From a virus (taxonomy: Duplodnaviria > Heunggongvirae > Uroviricota > Caudoviricetes), in IMG/VR virus record IMGVR_UViG_3300025858_000011: a DNA stretch of 64,000 bases; one strand, given 5' to 3'. Both the position numbers and the translations under genes were made by a program. Positions 57,337-64,000 of this stretch are shown one piece after another (position 1 is the stretch's first letter; every line of letters starts with the position of its first letter). The notes under the pieces were generated by a model. It saw only the letters and a program-made list of their open reading frames with translations, made no database searches and had not been told where the DNA came from.

Positions 57337-57906
57337 ATGCCAGCAAAAAGTAAAAAACAACAAAGATTCATGGGAATGGTTCACGCTTATAAAACAGGAC
57401 AACTTCCCGAGTCAAAAGCATCTCCTCAGATAATTGCGGCGGCTAGGGCAATTACCGATAAAACAGCAAGAGAATTTGCAAAATCTGCAGGCGTTGCTTC
57501 TACTGCAGTTACTTTATATAAGAAGCCGCCGCTACGAACTAGAATTCTAAGAACTGTCCTAGAGGACATGATCCCTGGATTCCTTGGAGGAGCCGCGGGC
57601 GGAGCAATTCCTACTGCCATTACCTACGCGGCTGATACCCAAAATATCAGACAACAATCTGGAATGCCTCCGGCTACTACGATGGCTGAAAAATATAAAG
57701 GATTTGATACCAAGATGTTTAAGACCATCGCATCCGTAGGATTAACATTTGCATTGGCTAAACCACTTGAGGACTATGTTAAGGCTATGTCTAAAGTACA
57801 TCCAAAACTAGTACGCGCGGGTGCAGGCGCTGGATTAGTTGGGCTAGGTGCTCTTGGTACTCGCATCGTTAGACGTAATAATATGGAATTAAAAAAGAAT
57901 GCATAA
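57337..57906 (+). CDS. hypothetical protein (189 aa), Gly/Ala-rich hydrophobic segments
   Basis: ORF. Confidence 0.5.
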   Translation: MPAKSKKQQRFMGMVHAYKTGQLPESKASPQIIAAARAITDKTAREFAKSAGVASTAVTLYKKPPLRTRILRTVLEDMIPGFLGGAAGGAIPTAITYAADTQNIRQQSGMPPATTMAEKYKGFDTKMFKTIASVGLTFALAKPLEDYVKAMSKVHPKLVRAGAGAGLVGLGALGTRIVRRNNMELKKNA

Positions 57907-58465
57907 AGTAGCAGTAACAGCTGATCAAATAATGGCTGGAAAAAGTATTTTTAACATTGCTAATAAAGGCACGTATCGCAGGATAATGATGGAGCAACCA
58001 GATGTTAAGAAGGTATTAAAGTTCTTTGGAAAGATAGATAAAAAACTTGAAAATGCTGGAGGGGACCTTTTCATAAAACAACACGGTTATGGGTCACTTC
58101 GTAAAAATCTTAGAGATCAGTTTAATTTAAATTTTATGAAAAACTACGATACTTCTTTAGGCACAGTAATAAAGTCTAATACTGGTAAGAAATCAATTGT
58201 TTTAAATTCTAAATTTTTTGATTTGCCTAAAAAAGAAAGACGTAATATATTACATCATGAAGCTTTTCATGTTAAAAATCCTATATTAGGCAAATCCGAA
58301 ATACTCGCACATATGTATGGCAATTATAAGACCAAAGATTCTATAGTAGCAGGAATTGCACATTTAATTAAGACCAGGCCTGATAGATTTTTATTAGAAG
58401 CTATTCCATTGGCAGGGGTAGTGGCAGGAACCGGGTTAATAACAAAAAAAGTAATAGGAGATTAA
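57899..58465 (+). CDS. hypothetical protein with HExxH motif (possible small zincin-like peptidase)
   Basis: ILHHEAFHV. Confidence 0.35.
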   Translation: MHKVAVTADQIMAGKSIFNIANKGTYRRIMMEQPDVKKVLKFFGKIDKKLENAGGDLFIKQHGYGSLRKNLRDQFNLNFMKNYDTSLGTVIKSNTGKKSIVLNSKFFDLPKKERRNILHHEAFHVKNPILGKSEILAHMYGNYKTKDSIVAGIAHLIKTRPDRFLLEAIPLAGVVAGTGLITKKVIGD

Positions 58466-58466
58466 T

Positions 58467-58757
58467 ATGTTTGTATTTAACGCGATGTTTATAACAATCA
58501 TGGGAACCGTGATAGTTCCCTTTGTAGCACAATGGTTAAAGAAAGAATCCTGGAGTCGCGCATTGAAGTTCCTTGTTACCGTAGGACTATGTCTGGTAAC
58601 TGGTGGCATCGGCTATGTTGCATCAGGATATGCACTTGCAGAATTTGCCGTAGTTGCAAAGGGAGTATTTATATTAGCAATTTCTTCTTATACTCTATGG
58701 TGGAAGAAAGTATTTGAAGAGTCTATAACGATGAAGTCATTGGGATTACGTAAATAA
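58467..58757 (+). CDS. membrane protein (96 aa)
   Basis: three TM helices. Confidence 0.5.
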   Translation: MFVFNAMFITIMGTVIVPFVAQWLKKESWSRALKFLVTVGLCLVTGGIGYVASGYALAEFAVVAKGVFILAISSYTLWWKKVFEESITMKSLGLRK

Positions 58758-58766
58758 GGAGATAAA

Positions 58767-59378
58767 ATGAACAAGGCAGAAGTAGCATTTAATAAATTAG
58801 CAAATCTTTTTCATGTGCCACCTGGTGGAAAATCAGTGGCTCAGTTAATAGTAGATGCCAAAAATATACCGGACGAAGTAAAAAGTGCTAAGGCATTAAA
58901 AAATATTCTTAGGGAGTATCCTGAGGCAGAGTACCTGGTACGTAGATTTACCGGAAAAACTGGAGCTGGCGCTGTATATCGTAAAGGTAAGTCTTCAATA
59001 AGATTTGATATGAAAAAGATATCAACATTAGTAATGACTTCTCCACAAAATGCGCTTGATCAAAGAAAAGCTAGAGCTGCAGTTGTTCTTGATAAATCTT
59101 ATGCTACGCCGATGGTTGGGGGAGCAGTACTTGGGGCACTTACAGGGGCAGCAATACCAACACACAATGGTTCATATAAGAAATTATTAATTCAAGCTGG
59201 CGTAGGAGCGGCGCTAGGAACAAGTGCAGGTGCTACGGCAAAAGTCATTACTAATGCAAGAGCCAAGAGTTTATTAAATCCTGAAAATGATCTAGAGAAC
59301 AAGATGGAGATAGCTGCTCGGCGTAATAGAATAGCGATGACTTTGACTAAAGCTGATGTACCAGTAATAGTATCATGA
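58767..59378 (+). CDS. MNKAE-leader family protein (203 aa)
   Basis: MNKAEVAFNKLANLF... Confidence 0.55.
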   Translation: MNKAEVAFNKLANLFHVPPGGKSVAQLIVDAKNIPDEVKSAKALKNILREYPEAEYLVRRFTGKTGAGAVYRKGKSSIRFDMKKISTLVMTSPQNALDQRKARAAVVLDKSYATPMVGGAVLGALTGAAIPTHNGSYKKLLIQAGVGAALGTSAGATAKVITNARAKSLLNPENDLENKMEIAARRNRIAMTLTKADVPVIVS

Positions 59379-60706
59379 TATTAGGAATTCCAAATATTAA
59401 ATTTTTTTCTCCAGCACCCCAGACTCAATCTGAGGGAGAGACCTGGAGACTAAATGTTCAGGAGCACGCAGCAGATAAAGCTGGATTACATTATGATCTT
59501 CGCCTGGGTCCACCTGGATCCGATGATGCATTATCATGGGCAATTCGTACTACGTCCCTGCCCTCTGCTGGTCAAAAGGTATTAGCAGTAGAACAACCTA
59601 CGCATGCAAAGTCTTACATGGGTTGGTCCGGTAAAATTCCGGAGGGATATGGTGCTGGAGAAGTTAAGTCCATTATCGATGATCAAGTTGAGATTTTAAA
59701 GTCAAGCCCTGATCAGATTGAATTCGTGATGCACTCATCACAGATTCCGCAACGTTTTATGCTAAAACGTACATCTGGCCGAGACTGGTTATTCTATAAT
59801 TACACAGCTACTGACTCAAATAAATTAATTCCAGATTATAAACCATCATATCAGGAAATAAGCATGGGAGACGTTCATACCATCGATGAGAACGAAGTTC
59901 TCTCTCCCAAGATTGATGGTGCCCATAATACTATTATATTACGGCCTGAGAAGAGAATTGATCTTTATTCTTATCGTAAATCCAAACGTTCTAATGAACG
60001 CATCGATCATTCTTATAAAACTGATTTTTATAAAATTCGATCACCTAAGGACCTCGGTACAACCGTTCTTCGTGGGGAACTTTACATGCCGGGTCAATCA
60101 GCAACAACGATTGCAGGAGTATTAAACTCTAATACACTTAAGGCAAGAGAAAAACAAAAAGAACTTGGAACACCACTACGTGTAATGGCTTTTGACGTAG
60201 TAACGTTTAAAAACAAGAACGTTGAAAACGCCCCGTACCGAGATAAACTTGATATGCTACGAGAAGTAAATTCATACTTACCAGAAATTGAATTACCAGA
60301 GCTTGCTTACACTCCTGATCAGAAGGTTAAGTTATTGGATGAAATTAAAAAGAAAAAGCACTCATTGACCGAAGAAGGCGTAGTTATTTATAAGTTAGAT
60401 AAGGCAGTTCCGATGAAGGCTAAAGTAAAAAGTGATTATGATGTACTTATAACTGGAGTATATCCAGCACAACCTGGAACCAAATATTCTGGAAATGCCA
60501 TCGGAGGATTCGTAGGTATTCCTGAGAATGGAAAGTCTGTAATTCAAATCGGCTCTGGACTTAGTGATGAACTTCGAAGATCGGCATACTTAAATCCGGA
60601 GAGATTTATCGGAAATTGGGCAAAAATTGAAGGACAACTTCAATATGAGGATTCCGGAAAATTACGAATGCCTATATTTAAAGGATTTCGTATTGATAAA
60701 TATTAA
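59375..60706 (+). CDS. ATP-dependent DNA ligase with N-terminal LigD-type 3'-phosphoesterase-like domain
   Basis: HYDLRLG (PE-domain-like), ligase motif I SPKIDGAHN, MAFDVV, C-terminal RMPIFKGFRIDK. Confidence 0.65.
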   Translation: MILGIPNIKFFSPAPQTQSEGETWRLNVQEHAADKAGLHYDLRLGPPGSDDALSWAIRTTSLPSAGQKVLAVEQPTHAKSYMGWSGKIPEGYGAGEVKSIIDDQVEILKSSPDQIEFVMHSSQIPQRFMLKRTSGRDWLFYNYTATDSNKLIPDYKPSYQEISMGDVHTIDENEVLSPKIDGAHNTIILRPEKRIDLYSYRKSKRSNERIDHSYKTDFYKIRSPKDLGTTVLRGELYMPGQSATTIAGVLNSNTLKAREKQKELGTPLRVMAFDVVTFKNKNVENAPYRDKLDMLREVNSYLPEIELPELAYTPDQKVKLLDEIKKKKHSLTEEGVVIYKLDKAVPMKAKVKSDYDVLITGVYPAQPGTKYSGNAIGGFVGIPENGKSVIQIGSGLSDELRRSAYLNPERFIGNWAKIEGQLQYEDSGKLRMPIFKGFRIDKY

Positions 60707-60717
60707 CAGGAGATTTA

Positions 60718-60929
60718 TGATTATAATTTCAAATCCGCCAGCAACAACTGCTCCGGCCACCATCGATCCTAGTTCCGTAGCTCTTAATGACGCGCGGGTA
60801 TACGTAGGAAATGGAATCGGCGATGCAGACATCGCATTTATCGCCCTAAGAAACTCTGCAGGAGTTCAGGTCTTTATATATCCCAATAGTACTGGGAATG
60901 GCATCGTGGTTAGTACAGTTCATCCGTAG
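60718..60929 (+). CDS. hypothetical protein (70 aa)
   Basis: AGGAG SD + ATG at 60718 inside six-frame ORF 60627..60929. Confidence 0.4.
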
Positions 60930-60949
60930 ACATAGGAGAATGAAGTAGT

Positions 60950-61627
60950 ATGTTTAAAAAAATATTTATAATATTAGCCATCATGGCGTCAGTAGTTACG
61001 GCACAAAATATTCAAACAGTGGGAGAACCTGCTGATACATTACACCAGGTAAATATTAAAATTGGTGCCGTAGGGGATACATATGTAATGCCCGTAGGTA
61101 ATGGTACCGCAGGACAGTTATTAAAAACTGATGGTAATAAAACAGCATCCTGGGCAACACCAGATAGTAGTTTATTGGAGAATGATACTATCACATCCGA
61201 GACAATTAAAGATAATCAAATTAAGTATGTTGATCTGGCTACTGCGGTGCAAGATAGTTTAAAATCATATGCTAATAGAAAATTTGTTTATAGTATAACC
61301 ATCGATAGTACAGCTATACTAACTACAAGAATTATTCCATTTTTTTATACATCATTTCCAGTAACCATCGACACTGTAATATCAAATAATGTAGGAATAC
61401 CCTCCCCATCAACTGTTTTTAATATCGTTCATGATGATACGCTGGGGGCGGCCGATGGTGCCCTTGTAATAAACACTCCTGCTGCAACTACGCTTAGAAC
61501 TGTTGGAAATAGATATACTGACTTCGTCGATGCAACACTAACTTATAAAGAGTGGGTTTGGATAAAATTCACTACGGTAACCACGGCACCACAATCAATA
61601 ATTATATCGGTAATCGGGAGAAGATAG
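60950..61627 (+). CDS. secreted/structural hypothetical protein (225 aa)
   Basis: signal peptide MFKKIFIILAIMASVVTAQN. Confidence 0.5.
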   Translation: MFKKIFIILAIMASVVTAQNIQTVGEPADTLHQVNIKIGAVGDTYVMPVGNGTAGQLLKTDGNKTASWATPDSSLLENDTITSETIKDNQIKYVDLATAVQDSLKSYANRKFVYSITIDSTAILTTRIIPFFYTSFPVTIDTVISNNVGIPSPSTVFNIVHDDTLGAADGALVINTPAATTLRTVGNRYTDFVDATLTYKEWVWIKFTTVTTAPQSIIISVIGRR

Positions 61628-62400
61628 TGCGAAATATTTTTATATTTTTATTAACCTTGACCACGATAACTTCGGCGCAAGTTATGTCCTTTATTAAACC
61701 AGCCACAGGCATAAATCCAAAGACAGGCCTGGTAGCTTTTTGGAAATTTGAGGAAACTGCTACCCCATATAGTGAATATACTGGTGCGTATGCCTTAACA
61801 GCCTCAAGTACTCCCGGCACAGCTACTGGAAAAATTGGTAAAGCAGTTGATCTGGAATGGAGTACCGAATGGCAATATCTTTTTAGATCTGGTGTTTCTG
61901 ATTTAACTTTTAATAATGTAACTTTTACATTATCATGTTGGGTAAAATTTGAGAGTATTGAATCCACGTACTTCGTAGGACTAATGACTCGATATGATAC
62001 TGGTGGCGGTAAGCGAGAGTATGGTCTTTTTTGTGATAATACCTGGAAGTGCCTGGATTTTAGAGTTTCTCCCGATGGGGTTAATTCTGTCGCCGCCAGA
62101 ACTCCTAATGAATCCGTAACTACGGGAGTGTGGTATAATGTAGTTGGTTGGTATAATGCCACTACTGACAGTGCTTACATCGCGATTAATGACGGGACAA
62201 TATATAGAACCTACGGGGCTACGGGCGCTAAGCCGGCCGCCAATGATTTTTGCATCGGCATGAATGTTACATCAACTAATAATCGCCTGGATGGTCTGAT
62301 AGATTGTGCTGGAGTATGGAACACTTGCCCACAGGCATCCGATGGTTACGCGATGTTAACCTCATTATATAATGGCGGAAATGGGTGGGAACCTAATTAA
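61627..62400 (+). CDS. LamG/concanavalin-A-like lectin-fold secreted protein
   Basis: GTG start coupled to the upstream stop (TAGTG) with GGGAG SD; signal peptide; FTLSCWVKF jelly-roll motif. Confidence 0.45.
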   Translation: MRNIFIFLLTLTTITSAQVMSFIKPATGINPKTGLVAFWKFEETATPYSEYTGAYALTASSTPGTATGKIGKAVDLEWSTEWQYLFRSGVSDLTFNNVTFTLSCWVKFESIESTYFVGLMTRYDTGGGKREYGLFCDNTWKCLDFRVSPDGVNSVAARTPNESVTTGVWYNVVGWYNATTDSAYIAINDGTIYRTYGATGAKPAANDFCIGMNVTSTNNRLDGLIDCAGVWNTCPQASDGYAMLTSLYNGGNGWEPN

Positions 62401-62448
62401 AATCTTAATATAAAAAAAGCTAGCAATGCTGGCTTTTTTATTATAATT

Positions 62449-63189
62449 CTAGAAAAATAGTCCCAGGTCATGGGCCCGATGTGAGCCCTTTGCAAATTCC
62501 TTGATAAGGGCCTGGAATATCTCTCCTCTTTTGTCAGCGCAGTCCAGCACATAGATATGTGCCGCAAGCTGCTGCAGTACGCTGATATCCACAATTGCCC
62601 CGGCGCTTCCGCACCATAGTGGCCAACATGCGAAGTCTATATCGGCCCCACGAAAATCTGTACCTCTGAGTAATGTCCCGGTGATGTTGGCTCCGCATAG
62701 TGTAGCCTTTTGTAAATTTGCAGACTGCAGACTTGCTCCTTGTAGATTTACACCCGATAAATCAGCACTCTCAAAATTTGCACTAATAAAATGACCTTCG
62801 CCTAGATCTGCCATAGTTAAGTCTGCATTTTTTAGATTTGCATTATGGGCGCACGCATGTTGAAGGCAAGAGTAGGACAAGTTCACACCATGCAGGTCAG
62901 CATTATTAAGGCTGGCCTGTCGTAAATTCGTGTGTTGCATTTCCGAATTTTTGAACTTGGCAGCGTCCAGGTTCGTATTGGCAAAATTAACACCATCAAG
63001 AATAGTGTTTCGGAAGTCTGCCTTGATAAGATTTAAATTGCTAAGATCCTTATCAGTCAGATCCATGTCTTTGAATTTGGCGCATTTCCCGCCTCTTTCC
63101 TTTCTTATCCATTTATTATGGCGTAAGAGAATTTCTGAAATTTCCATACTGCCTCCTTTGTTGTCATAGTTTTTATACCTATAATTCAC
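62449..63189 (-). CDS. pentapeptide-repeat protein
   Basis: tandem A(D/N)LxxA(N/D)L pentapeptides over ~150 residues. Confidence 0.7.
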   Translation of the reverse strand: MNYRYKNYDNKGGSMEISEILLRHNKWIRKERGGKCAKFKDMDLTDKDLSNLNLIKADFRNTILDGVNFANTNLDAAKFKNSEMQHTNLRQASLNNADLHGVNLSYSCLQHACAHNANLKNADLTMADLGEGHFISANFESADLSGVNLQGASLQSANLQKATLCGANITGTLLRGTDFRGADIDFACWPLWCGSAGAIVDISVLQQLAAHIYVLDCADKRGEIFQALIKEFAKGSHRAHDLGLFF

Positions 63190-63223
63190 TTGACAACTAC
63201 GTAGTTTATGTATATATTAAAAT

Positions 63224-64000
63224 ATGGGTAAATTTTATAAATCAGCGTCTGAACTAAAACCGCACCAACAACGGGTCATCGATAAACTTCGTAATGAAGA
63301 CTCAATATTAGTATATCATGGAGTTGGTTCCGGTAAGACTCTTACCGCTCTTGAAGCTGGTGAACAGCTTAATCTTCCGATGGACATCATCGGTCCTGCA
63401 GCATTAAAGTCAAATTTTGCCAAGGAAAAGGCAAAACATCATGTAAAGGTTCCATTTAAATATTTTAGTTATAATAAACCCCCCGCGGCATCGGAGGTTA
63501 ATTCCGGAAATAAATTATTAGTATTTGATGAGGCTCATAATATGGGTCGCATGGAAAGCGCCAGATCACATTATCCTGATCAGTATTATGGTAATAAGAC
63601 TATGTTCCTCACTGGTACTCCATTGCGTAATTCTCCCGATGAATTAATTCCACTCATGCGTGGATTGGGAGTTGCTGTTCCTAGGGATCGTCAACGTTTC
63701 AATAATTTATTCGTAGAAGAAATTGTTAAGAAACCAAGTTTTCTTGCAGCTACGATGCTTGGAGTAAAACCTGGTACTATAAAAGTTCCCAGAAATCTCG
63801 AGTTATTTAAGAAACTATTAGAAGATAAAGTTGATTATTACAAACCTGAATCGGCTGATTATCCATCAGTATCAGAAAGTACTAAGATAGTTGAAATGAG
63901 TGATCGTCAATTTGATACCTACAAAGAAATGATGAAGGGTAATCCTGGATTAGCTTATAAAGTTAAACATGGATTACCGCCTGATAAATCAGAGGCATCA
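63224..64000 (+). CDS. SF2 (DEAD/DEAH, SNF2-like) helicase, N-terminal part (continues past window end)
   Basis: Walker A GVGSGKT, DEAH box LLVFDEAHNM, motif III LTGTP. Confidence 0.7.
   Translation, partial: MGKFYKSASELKPHQQRVIDKLRNEDSILVYHGVGSGKTLTALEAGEQLNLPMDIIGPAALKSNFAKEKAKHHVKVPFKYFSYNKPPAASEVNSGNKLLVFDEAHNMGRMESARSHYPDQYYGNKTMFLTGTPLRNSPDELIPLMRGLGVAVPRDRQRFNNLFVEEIVKKPSFLAATMLGVKPGTIKVPRNLELFKKLLEDKVDYYKPESADYPSVSESTKIVEMSDRQFDTYKEMMKGNPGLAYKVKHGLPPDKSEAS

Overview
The window is AT-rich (roughly 35-40% GC by eye) and reads like part of a large tailed-phage genome or phage-like mobile element; no ribosomal or housekeeping genes are present. Positions 1-44.9 kb are transcribed almost entirely on the minus strand. 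That block carries a kinase/PP2C phosphatase/vWA cassette followed by a nicotinamidase-like hydrolase and a metallophosphoesterase, two tandem radical-SAM enzymes, and several NAD/ADP-ribose-related genes (NADAR, Nudix, two nucleoside-deoxyribosyltransferase-like proteins). It also carries peptide deformylase, an HflK/HflC pair, a D5-like primase-helicase, RadC, a second vWA protein and a repeated small-protein family whose C terminus ends in a YDKF-type motif. Interleaved with these is an island of about 25 minus-strand tRNA genes. Three of them (Leu-TAG, Thr-TGT, Arg-TCT) are split by group I self-splicing introns; one intron of about 800 nt carries an antisense HTH ORF. One further tRNA-like locus has its 3' half placed upstream of its 5' half, a circularly permuted arrangement. 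From 44.9 kb the orientation switches to plus. This block encodes a gpV/gp5-like baseplate spike, large virion-type proteins, a stand-alone receiver domain, a family of proteins sharing the N-terminus MNKAQVVFNKLA (with two truncated copies), an ATP-dependent DNA ligase with a LigD-like phosphoesterase N-domain, a LamG-like secreted protein, a pentapeptide-repeat protein (minus strand) and an SF2 helicase that runs off the window. A 28-nt motif, TTCTTATACC-N-TTAATGTAAAAAA followed by a hairpin, occurs at least 17 times, always in the same orientation. Read on the minus strand it is an intrinsic terminator fused to a promoter-like GGTATAAGAA box about 30 nt upstream of minus-strand start codons. 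Several GC-rich or repeat-rich ORF-free stretches look like structured RNAs or a replication origin: 5.29-5.53 kb, 10.2-10.9 kb, 23.8-24.1 kb, 25.4-26.5 kb, 27.75-28.3 kb and 41.96-42.65 kb. All calls come from reading the sequence and motifs by eye; no database search or folding was run.
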